Source of the DNA: Cetorhinus maximus
Taxonomy: Eukaryota
DNA length: 64,000 nucleotides
Assembly (NCBI RefSeq): GCF_964194155.1
Contig: NC_135917.1
Coordinates: 1,674,001 to 1,738,000, forward strand
Direction: 5' to 3'
Positions 11,801-23,800 of this stretch are shown here, one piece after another (the first letter of the stretch is position 1; every line of letters starts with the position of its first letter). The position numbers were made by a program, and so were the translations under genes. The notes beneath the pieces are model-generated. The model was not told the DNA's origin and searched no databases. It saw only the letters and a list, made by a program, of their open reading frames with translations.

Positions 11801-14800
11801 AAGTTTTAAAAAGTATGTCTGGTGATTAACCACTGGATGAGTTCAAAGGTTAATTTATTCAAGGCTGCCGATTTAAAAACCCTACTTTGTGACAAGGGCC
11901 AGGATTTTACATTTGGTATGTGGGGGCGGGCCCGACACACCGTAAAATGACGCGTGATGACATCAGGCATGCATCACAACGTCATCGTGCTGTCTCGCAA
12001 TATTTCGTTCAGCGGGCACGTGCCAGAGTCGACTGAGCACCGCCGATAATTGAAAGGCCTACTAAGGCCATTAACTAGGTAATTAACCTTAACTTTACAC
12101 TGCCCATCCAACCTTACGGTTGGCGGGTAGGCGAAAAGGCCAAACGGCCTTTACGTTTTTTAGGAAACCTCATCCACGAGCGGGATGAAGTTTCCTAAAG
12201 CTTTTACAAATTAAATAAAAAATTTCTTTAAAAAATAAAAACCTGCCCCATCTCATGTGACACATGAGACATGTTTCATTAAATTTTTATTCCATTTATT
12301 TAATATTTTAAAAAACGCTTCAATCTCCATGAGGCAGCTCCATGCCTTGGGGAGATTGAAGCACTCTTTTGCCCACATGTGCAAAAGAGTGCTGGACCCA
12401 ACTCTCTCTCTCTCTCTTCCCCCCCTGCCCTCACAGGTAGTGCTGAGCTACCACTTGCGTATTACGCTTAATTGGCCCGCCCGCGTAAAATGGCAGTGTA
12501 GAGCCGATTGCGGGCGGTTCTGCAACCGAGCCCGCCCGACGTGGGAAAAATTCAGACCAGGGTCAACTACTAGACTAGATATTGTGACTCCAGCCTTTTG
12601 TGTTCTGTGGCATTTTCTGTGCATTGCCTATGCGATGGATGTGTGTGTGTGTGCGTGCATGTGTGTGTGTAAACCTTCTATATTATATGGTATGAGCAAA
12701 TTGCCTGTGGCATTGTTCAGTGAGGTAGAGAGTATACTGTATAATATGAAATATATCAATGCTGGTGATCTAGTGATTGAATACGTGAAATTGCATTTGT
12801 ATGCTATTGTTGGTTGTATTATTGGGTTCATACTCGAATTATGTTTGTATTTTTATCAAAATTGTAACTCAGTTGATTTATGATGGCTAGCCTGTGTACT
12901 AAATTTGATGCCTTGGCATTTTTAAAGCCCAGGTCTAAGCAAATAATTCTTCTGTTTGTGTGATGCAGTGATGATCTAAAGAGTGGAGTAAGAGCAATTA
13001 GTTGATGAGGGTTTATCATGTCAGTCCAATTGTTAACCATTGCTCTTGATCCACCTGTAGGCAAGCTATCACTGTGATAGATAGCTATTTTGAAGACTAT
13101 GCCGTGAATGAACAAGACATCTTTGGCAGTAAAGAAACCTGGCAGAAAGTCCTTGCTTTGGTCCCTGATGATATCCTTTCATTGGAATTAGCAACATTTG
13201 GTGAATCTGTGGGCAACTTTTTTTTAAATTTCTATTTTCCATTGATATTGGAAATTGATTGCTTGGTGTAGTGTCTCTGAATATTGCTGTCCTATCCCTG
13301 TGCCTGTACTTTGATCTAGTCTAGATATGAAGAGTGATTGCCTTTTCAGAATCACAGAATTACAGCACAGGCAACAACTGTTCGGCCGATTATGTGTTCA
13401 CTGGCTCTCCGAATGAGCAATTCACCAAGTGCCATTCTCCCCATAACCCTGCGCATTCTTCCTTTTCAGATAATCCAGTTCCCATTTGAAGGCCTTGATT
13501 GACCGTGCCTCCATCACACTCTCACGCAGCGCATTCCATATCCTAACGCCTCGATTGGACCTGCCTCCACCACACTCTCAGGCAGCGCATTCCAGACCCT
13601 AACGCCTCGATTGAACCTGCCTCCACCACACTCTCACGCAGCGCATTCCAGATCCTAACGCCTCGATTGAACCTGTCTCCACCAGACTCTCAGGCAGCGC
13701 ATTCCAGACCCTAACGCCTCGATTGACCCTGTCTCCCCCACACTCTCAGGCAGTGCATTCCAGATCCTAACGCCTCGATTGAACCTGCCTCCACCACACT
13801 CTCAGGCAGCGCATTCCAGATCCTAACGCCTCGATTGAACCTGCCTCCACCACACTCTCAGGCAGCGCATTCCAGATCCTAACGCCTCGATTGAACCTGC
13901 CTCCACCACACTCTCAGGCAGCGCATTCCAGATCCTAACGCCTCGATTGACCCTGTCTCCCCCACACTCTCAGGCAGCGCATTCCAGATCCTAACGCCTC
14001 GATTGACCCTGCCTCCACACTCTCAGGCAGCACATTCCAGACCCTAACGCCTCGATTGACCCTGCCTCCACCACACTCTCAGGCAGCGCATTCCAGACCC
14101 TAACGCCTCGATTGACCCTGTCTCCCCCACACTCTCAGGCAGCGCATTCCAGACCCTAACGCCTCGATTGACCCTGTCTCCCCCACACTCTCAGGCAGCG
14201 CATTCCAGACCCTAACGCCTCGATTGACCCTGTCTCCCCCACACTCTCAGGCAGCGCATTCCAGACCCTAACGCCTCGATTGACCCTGTCTCCCCCACAC
14301 TCTCAGGCAGCGCATTCCAGACCCTAACGCCTCGATTGACCCTGTCTCCACCACACTCTCAGGCATCGCATTCCAGACCCTAACGCCTCGATTGAACCTG
14401 TCTCCACCACACTGTCAGGCAGCGCATTCCAGATCCTAACGCCTCGATTGACCCTGTCTCCACCACACTCTCAGGCAGCGCATTCCAGATCCTAACCACT
14501 CGCTGTATGAAAAAGTGTGTCCTCGGGTCTCCATTGCTTCATTTGCCAGTTACCTTAAATCTGTGCTGTCTGGTGTGGGGAACACCTCATTGTCACAATA
14601 TGGGGTGCTTGTCTTTGAGGCTGGGGATTAAGGTGTGTTTTGAGTTAGATTTGCTCTTTATGCAAGGCTTGCTTACTGTTGCAAGAGGTGAGGAAGCATT
14701 GTAGTCCACTGCACAAACATTCTTCACCTCAAGCCCAAAAATTCAGATTTTGACACTTGCTAGGTTGAAAGAAGTCTCCTTAAATCTATTCGTGACATTT

Positions 14801-17800
14801 GAAATCCTTTTTATTTTTTGTGTTACTTGTTTTCTTCAAAAAGTAATTGCACTCTTTCAGCAGTACACTGCATTCTCCCCAGCCAATAGAGAATAGGAGT
14901 AAGAGTGAAGGGAAGTGAATTAGTTGTTTTGTTAACCCTGACCTCCATGGAGAAATTCTCAACTTCCAACCAGATGGTTTTGTTTTTATAAATTGTTCAC
15001 CCAAGTCAACTAGTAGGTTATATCCTTGGCTGTATTGTTCCATCTTCTGGAACTTTTGGTTTGTATACGTGGGATCAGTGGTTGTGTTACTGGACTCTAG
15101 AGGGCTGGAACGTGAGTTGAAATCCCACCATGGCAGCAAAATCAGGAATAAAAATTTGGTATCCGTAAGTGAGCATGAAGTTGTTGGAAAAGTCGAACTG
15201 ATTCACTCATGTCCTTCAGGAAAGGAAACTTGCTGTCATTTCCTGGTCTGGCTTATTTTTGACATCAGTCCCAATGTAGCCAACTCAGCAGTTTGATAAG
15301 CTGAATGTTTTTTTAAATTTAATCTTTCATGAGATGTGGGTGTCACTGGCTAGGCCAGTATTTATTGCCCATCCCTAATTCCCCTTGAGAAGGTGGTGGT
15401 GAGCTGCTTCTTGAACCGCTGCAGTCCCCGTGGTGCAGGTATATCCACAGTGCTGTTAGGGAGGGAGTTCCTGGATTTTGACCCAGCGACAGTGAAGGAA
15501 CGGCGATATATTTCCAAGTCAGGATGGCTGCTTGGAGGGGAACTTCCATGTGGTGGTGTTCCCATGTGTCTGCTGCCATAGAACCATAGAAAAGTTACGG
15601 CACAGAAAGCAGCCATTCGGCCCATCATGTCTGCACCGGCCGAAAAAGAAAAAATAGCCACCCATTATAATCCCACCTTCCAGCGCCCGGTCCGTAGCCT
15701 TGCAGGTTACAGCACTTCAGGTGCTTTTAAATGAGTGCTTCTGTCTGCACCACCAAACCAGACAGCGAATACCAAGACACCAGTGCCCTCTGGATGAAGA
15801 AGTTTTTCCTCATGTCCCCTCTAACCCTTCTGCCAATCACCTTAAATCTGTCCCCCTGGTAATTGGCCTCTCTGCTAGGGGAAACAGGGCATCCCTGTCT
15901 ACCCCAATTTGGCCCCTCATAATCTCGTACACCTCAATCAGGTCACTCCTCAGTTCCAAGGTAAACAACCACAGCCTTTCCTCATTGCTAAAATTTTCAA
16001 GCCCTGGCAACATTCTTGTAAATCTCCTCTGTACTCTCTCCAGAGCAATTGTGTCCTTCCTGTTATGTGGCGACTAGAACTGTACACAATTCCAGCTATG
16101 GCCTAACCAGCGTTTAGTACAGTCCTATCATTACATCCCTGCTTTTGTATTCTATACCTCGTCCAATAAAGGAAAGCATTCCATATGCTTTCTTTACCAC
16201 CTTATCCACCTGCCCTGCCACCTTCAGGGACCTGTGGATATGCACACCAAGGTCTCTCCCTTCCTCTACCCCTCCCAATTTCCTCTCATTTATTGTGTAT
16301 TCCCTTGCTTTGTTTGTCCTCCCCAAATGCATAACCTCACTTCTGTGGATTGAATTCCATCTGGTATTTTGCTGCCCACTCAACCAAGCCATTGATATCA
16401 TTCTGGAGACAACAGCTATCCTTTTCACTATCAACTACACAACCAATTTTTGTGTCAGCTGCAAATTTCCTGATCCCATGCCTCCCAAATCGTTAACATA
16501 TACTTGTCCTTCTAGACAGTGGAGGTCTTGGGTTCGAAAGGTGCTGTTGAAGGAGGATTGTTGGTGAGTTGCTGCAGTGCATCTTGTAGATGGAACACAC
16601 TGCTGCCACTGTGCCTCAGTGGTAGAGGGAGTGAATGTTGAAGGTGGTGGATGTGGTGCCAATCAAGCTATGCTTTGTTCTGGATGGTGTCAAGCTTCTT
16701 GGGTGTTGTGGGAGCTGCACTCATCCTGGCAAGTGGAGCGTATTCCATCATACTCCTGTCTTGTGTCTTGTAGATGGTGGACAGGCTTTGGGGAGTCAGG
16801 AGGTGAGTAACTCGCCACAGGATTCCTTGCTCCTGACCTGCTCTTGTAGCCACAGTATTTATAAAGGTGGTCCAGTTCAGTTTCTAGTCGATCGTAATCC
16901 CCAGGATGTTGGTAGTGGGGGATTCAACAATGTTAATACCATTGAATGCCAAGGGAAGATGATTAGATTCTCTCTTGTTGGAGATGGTCATTGCCTGGCA
17001 CTTGTGTGGCATGAATGTTACTTGTTACTTGTCACTTGTCAGCCCAAGCCTGGATATTGTCCGGGTCTTGCTGCATGTGAACACAGACTGCTTGGTATCT
17101 GAGGAGTCACGAATGGTGCTGAACATCGTGCGAATATCCCCACTTCTGGCCTTAAGATGGACTGGCAGTTATGGTCAATAAACACTGGCTTCATTGAATC
17201 TCACATCCAGAGAATGAATTGATTTTTTTTTTTCAAAATTCCGCTTTCTGTAAATTGACCCTTGTTTTATCATTGCTGTTTCAATAACCAAATAAGTATT
17301 TAGAAAGCATGTAAATGCACAGTGTTTTGACTGATGCACCAGATTTTACAGTGTAACCATGCATGATGCAAAAATGCAACAAAGGTTCCTGCTGTAAAAT
17401 GCTGGGACACATTGACCCAGTTAATGTTAAGCGACTTCTTAGGTTAGTATTACATAAGTGCTTTGTTCTTAAAATTGCAAAGGAGCAGAATGTTAAGTTC
17501 CTTACGAGAATTGATCTCGTGATAAGATTTGTTTCTTTCCTTTAAACTTCCATGCTGTGGTTAAAATCTGTTCAAATATTTACATGAGACGATGGAGGTA
17601 TCTTCTTTAACAGCGGTGCACAGTTTCGAGAGGGATTGCAAATAGATTTTGTCAAAGCGCGAAATTCAGCTGAACGCTGGAAATTGATGCAACGCACTGT
17701 AAGTGGTCCCACAATTCAATCTTAATTAGACATAGCATACCCGCGGAGTGATTCGAACGAATGGTGTGATTGAGGAAATGGGGTGGCAACATTAAACTGA

Positions 17801-20800
17801 TGCATTGAATCTTTCAATATTTCCCACTTTCCCCTCATACAGCACTGCTGTGCTAGAGTACAGTTCTGTGGGTATTGGAAACCTTGGGTTCCTCATCCAA
17901 ATTATCATTCGTGTATGTGTCAAGACAAGTGTCGACCAGTTATTCGAAAGCAGTACATTACTGCAGACCTTATCCTGCCCTCACCTAACCACCCCCTACT
18001 GTGCTCCTTTGCCACCTTGGCTGAGAATAGCCAGCTCCACACAGACTAACAATTAAATCTGGTTCTGGTCAGTATGGCTTAGTCCAGATGGATTTTTAAT
18101 CCATCTCAACGGTAGACCACAAATGAGTGAGTTACAAGGAATTGGTCCTCTGATCAACCTCGAGTATTGTATTGATGCTACAGTTTTGGAGTTTGTGCAT
18201 TTAAATGTCAGATGAGGCTCAGCTGTGTCTCTCGACATTTCACACTTACTCCCACTGGCTCATGTGTAAAGAATGGCCACCTGGGGTGAGTCACTCTCAA
18301 ACTGCCCATGTCTGTGGTAACTGTACCCTTGTATGAATCAGTGCCTTATTAGGGGAATGGAAAGCTAGGTGGTATGGAATGTAATGTGGTCTCATACTTT
18401 TCATAGTCACATAATGAGTTTTATGTGGCCAATGTTTATAAATTTCCTAGGCTTGTTTAATGATGGTTAATAGGATTCTAAGAAAAATAATGGGTTTTAT
18501 TTGTCGCAAATAGCTGAAACTTAGTTGCATGAGTGAATGCGTGAGGATTTTAAGTCTTGAAAATTAGTTGATTGTTTTGTTCGAAACATTGATGGACTAT
18601 TGAAATAACAGTTGAAGAGACTTGGAAGTCTGCTGGACTTACGCTGCACAAGCTGCTTATGTTGTCTTTGGAACAGAACTTGTCATTTATCAAATGATTT
18701 TCTACAGTTGACCACCATCCATTTAGAAGAGATTAAGCTGCAGTACTGCTATCCTCGTTTGGACGTGAATGTCAGTAAAGGCATCAACCATCTGCTAAAA
18801 AGCCCCTTTTCTGTCCATCCCAAAACAGGTATTGAGTGTTTGTCTTTTATTTCCTTCCCTCCCAAATGTTGACTGTGCTTTGCACCAATCCAGGTCAACA
18901 AGTAGTTAGGAGACATAATTCTAGGTCTATAGCTACTTTTCAGCTTATAGGTGAATAAGTACGTTTTATTTTAATCCTCCCTATGGTGAAGCATCTGGTC
19001 TCTTGGGCGCCTCCTACCCTCCTATCCCCCGCAGCTGAAGTTGATAGCTTGTTTGTTTTGGATTTTGAATAAATCTGTGCGCAAGTATTTAATTTTGTTT
19101 TAATTTTATAGCCTTTTGTGTTTAAATGTTGAGATTGTTAGCCCTGGATGCTGAAACGCTTGCTCCTTTTGTCATCCAGTATCAATTACTCCCAAACCTG
19201 ATATAGCATAAGTGAGATCTAGAGTTAAATGAAGCTCCCTCTCCTACGCCTCAGCAATGTGCCTTAGCGTCAACCTTGAGTGCCCTCTACTGCTACCACT
19301 CACATTTTACCCTTGTAGTCATTCGGAGTTGATTCCTGTCATCATTGGCTGTTTTGTGAACTCAGACATAGAGATTTGGTTTGAAGCATCCCAAATTCAT
19401 CTTGCAAGGTTCCTTTGAGACTGGAAAAGCAAAGACTTTTATCCATTCGGGGCTAGATTTGAACCCTAGGCCTCATAAAATGACAATGCTTCAAAGCTGT
19501 TCATTTTAATTCTCATTCTTATTTTCAAATCCCTCCACAGCCTTGCCCCTTAGATCTCTGTACTCTGATTCTGACTGCTTGAGGATCTCCTATCTTAATT
19601 GCTCCGCCATTGGTGGCTGTGTCTTCAGCTGCCTGGGCCCTAAGCTTCGGAATTCCCTCCCTAAACCCCTCTCCTCCTTTAAGAGTCTCCTGTGAAGACA
19701 ATGGGCATTTTGCTGCATTAAAAACACTATATAAATAAAAGTTGTTCCCTCAGCCCCTTTTTTTTTTATATTAAAGGCTGTATCAAAAGTTGTTCTGTCA
19801 CTAGTGTTTTATAGTGTTGCTACATCATTTTTGTTGAGCGCCATTGTCATTGATTGCAAGTTTTCTGCGTGCAAGTATATTCTACTCATCATGTCTGTTG
19901 CTGTTCTAGGTCGCATTTCAATGCCTATAGATGTGAAGAATTTGGATAAGTTTGATCCCTTTAGTGTCCCTACAATAAGGTAGGTAGGAAGGACATTGGC
20001 ATCGATGATTTTTTACATATGTAGAAAGCGACTTAACTATGTGATTTTTTTTCTCTCTTTTACTATGTTGGTGCCATGCATCAGGGTTCTTTAAAGCCTA
20101 GATAAGGCAGGGGAGGAACTCCATAGAATGACATTGAAACATGAGTGTCCAGGTATTTGTAAATTTAATTTAGTGCATCGGCTAGGGTTCCATAAGATGT
20201 CAAAAAATTGATCCCAAAATATTAAAAATTTTCCATTTTACTTAATTTATCCCTAACTTATTTTCATGTACCTTGTGAATATTGCACTACAGTGCCAACT
20301 AAATGTTGGTACAGCCTGTTTGAATTTCACATTCTATAGAGGGTTTCCTGGCCAGACAAGTGCCTTTTGAGCAAATATGGAGAAATGCAAGAGCAAAAAA
20401 AAAGTTTTTTTTTCAGTATCTGTAGTCACGGAATCTTTACAGTGCAGAAGGAGGCCATTCAGCCCATTAAGTCTGCACTGGCTTGCTGAAAATGCATTCC
20501 ACCTAGTCCCACTCCCCTGCCTTATCCCCATAAGCTCGCACATTCTTTCTTTTCAGATAGCAATCCAATTCCCTTTTGAATACCTCAATCAAACATGCCT
20601 CCACCACCCTTTCAGGAAGTTCATTCCAGACTCCAACCGCCCTCTGGGTAAAAAAATTTTTCCTCACATTGCTTCTTCTCCTTTTGCCCATTATTTTGAA
20701 TCTGTGCCCTCTAGTTCTTGATGTACTCTTGAGTGAGAACAGTTTCTCACTATTTACTCTGTCCATACCCCTCAGGATCTTGAATACCTCAATCAAGTCT

Positions 20801-23800
20801 CCTCTCAGCCGCCTTTTCTGCAAGGAAAACAGACCCAATCTCTCAAATCTATCCTCATAGCTACAGTTCTTTATCCCTGGAATCATTCTTGTGAATCTCC
20901 TCTGTACTCTCTCCACTGCCTTCACATCCTTCCTCGAGTATGGTGAGCAGAACTGGACACACTACTCCAGATGAGGCATAACTAGTGTCTTATACAAGTT
21001 CAACATGACCACCTTACTCTTGTACTCAATGCCCCTATTAATAAAACCTAGGATACCATATGCTTTATTAACTGCTCTCTCAACATGCCCTGCCACCTTC
21101 AATTACTTATGTACACATACACCGAGGTCCCTTTGTTCCTGCGCCTCCTTTAGAGTTTCTCTGTTGATTTTATACTGTCTGTCCATATTGTTCCTGCCAA
21201 AATGAATCACTTCACAGTTCCCTGCATTGAACTTCATCTGCCATTTGTCTGCCCAATTCAGCAAAATGGCTATGTCCTTTTGAAGTTCAAGACTATCCTC
21301 ATCACAGTTGACAATGCTTCCAATCTTTGTGTCATCTGCAAATTTTGAAATCATGCCCTGCACATCACAGTCTAGGTCATTAATATATCTCAAGAAGAGC
21401 AAGGGTCCCAACACTGACCCCTGGGGGACTCCACTACAGACCTTCCTCCAATCTGAAAAACAACCATTTATCGCTACTTTCTGTTTCCTGTCACTCAGGC
21501 ACTTGGATAAGAAATTGGCTACTTTCCCTTTTATTGCTCACAAGTCTATTGTGTGGCACTGTATCAAATGCCTTTTGAAAATCAACAGAATTGCCCTTAT
21601 CAACCTTCTCTGTTACCTCCTCAAAAAAAACTCCAAGTTAGTTAAACATGATTTTCCCTTAATGAATCCATGCTGGTTTTATTTAATTATCCCGCTCCTG
21701 TCTAAGTGTCTTAATTTTTGTCCCCAACTATAGTTTCTAGAAGATTCCCTACCATAGAAGTCAAACTGACTGGTCTGTAGTTGCCAGCTTTATCCTTGCA
21801 CCCCTTTTTGAACATTCACAATTCTCCAATCCTCAGGCACCACCCTTGTGTCTAAGGAAGACTAGAAGATTATCACCAGCGCCTCTGAAATTTCCACTTT
21901 CACCTTCCTTTGTATCCTCAGATGCATCTCATCCAGTCCTAATTCCTCGAGTCTACCAGTTAACTCCTCTCTCACCTCAGCCTGGGTAGCATCCTCTTCC
22001 TTTGTAAAGACAGATGCAAAGTATTCATTTAATACCTCCGCTATTTCTTCTGCCTCCGCATGAAAGTCTCCCCTTTTATCCCTAATTGGCCCTACCCTTT
22101 CTTTTTACCACCCTTTTATTATTTATATGCTTATAGAAGACCTTGGGATTCCCTTTTATGTTAGCTGCTAGTCTCTTTTCATGCTCCCTCCTTGCTTTTC
22201 TGATTAGTTTTTTCACTTCCCCTCTGGTCCTTCTATATTTAGCTTGATTCTCCATTGTATTTTCTACCTGACATGCATGTACTTCTTTCTTTTCGTCTTC
22301 ACCTCTATCTCTCTCGTCATCCAGAGTGTTCTAGATTTATCTGTCCTACCTTTTCCCTATCAAGGGAATATACGTTGATATTGCTTGCAATGCTACCTCC
22401 TTGAAGGTAGCCCATTGTTCAGCCAGTAGTCAGAGTGTCATCAGACTAGTTCTTTGGAAGCTGTGAGGGAGCATCCCAACTGGTGCTTGTCTGGCACCCA
22501 TAACACATTTCTGGGAGGTATTGAATGGAGCTATGCTTGCTTGCATTTGCTTTTCATCTCGTCATCCCTTGCCAAGCATACTGAGGCTAGTTTACAGCAT
22601 AATACCTCTCACAGTGACGCCCCAATCGGAGTTGTGTTGGGGAGGTGCCATTAACTGGTCGGAGCACCGTTGTTTTAAGGAAGGAGAAATTGCCAGGGCT
22701 TCTGCTCCAGATTGCTGTCTAGCAAGCCCTGCTGGAAGAACATGTATGTCAGTGATGGGTGAGGACAGGATCGGGCTCTGTCATGATGCTCCATGTGGTT
22801 GAAAAGCCCACAAGATCCCTTGTCAAAACTCCCACGTGGACAATGGTCAGTTGGGCAAAGTATGAGAAGGTGACGTGGCCCCACAGAACTATAGCCCAGC
22901 AAGGAGTCTATTCCTTTGGGAGACCTTAGGTGAGGTGAGAGTGACTGTCCTTGACATCAAGGCAGCATTTGATGGAGTGTGGCATCAAGGAGCCTTCTTA
23001 AAACTGGAGTCAACAGGAGTTCCTCGGGGTAGTGCCCTCGGCCCAACCATCTTCAGCTGCTTCATCAATGACCTTCCTTATGTCATAAGGGCAGAAGTGG
23101 GGATGTTCGCTGATGATAATGTTCAGCACAATTCGCGACGACTCAGATACTGAAGCAGTCCATGTCCAAATGCAGCAAAACCTGGACAATATCCAGGCTT
23201 GGGCTGACAAGTGGCAAGTAACATTCGCGCCACACAAGTGTCAGGCAATGACCATTTCCAACAAGAGAGAATCCAACCATCGCCCCTTGATGTTCAATGG
23301 CATTATCATCACTAAATCCCCCACAATCAACATCCTGGGGGGTTACCATTGACCAGAAACTGAACTGGACTAGCCATTATAAATACTGTGGCTAGAGCAG
23401 GTCAAGAGGCTAGGAATAGTGCGACGAGTAACTGACCTCCTGATTTCCCCAAAGACTGTCCACCATCTACAAGACACAAGTCAGGGGTGTGATAGAATAC
23501 TTTCAACTTGCCTGGATGAGTGCAACTCCCAAAACACTCAGGAAGCTTGACACTGTCCAGGACAAAGCAGCCTGCTTTATTGGCACCACATCCACAAACT
23601 TTCACTCCCTCCACCACTGATGCACAGTAGCAGCAGTGTGTGTACCATCTACAAGATGCACCGCAGGAATTCACCAAGGCTCCATCAACAGCACCTTCCA
23701 AACCCACGACTGCTACCATCTAGAAGGACAAAGGCAGCAGACGCCCACATCCTGTAAATGAATGAAAAAAAATCCAGGCTGGCATTTAAGGGGCGAGGAA

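Larger units (their letters stand above)
13171..17621 (+). other. PRIM1: U12-type (minor spliceosome) AT-AC intron, PRIM1 intron 7
   Basis: 5' site ATATCCTTT at 13171, branch site TTCTTTAAC at 17603-17611, terminal AC at 17620-17621. Only this junction keeps the frame. Confidence 0.92.

Noticed and set aside
12257-12883. 208-aa ORF in PRIM1 intron 6
   Set aside because: It spans a MITE end and a GT microsatellite, with a non-ATG start and no recognisable domain.
13492-14496. CRISPR-like regular array
   Set aside because: Units are contiguous with no unique spacers, derive from a CR1 LINE, and the context is vertebrate with no cas genes.
17622-17624. AG acceptor for PRIM1 exon 8
   Set aside because: It gives a frameshift relative to exon 7. 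The AC two bases upstream fits the frame and the U12 signals.
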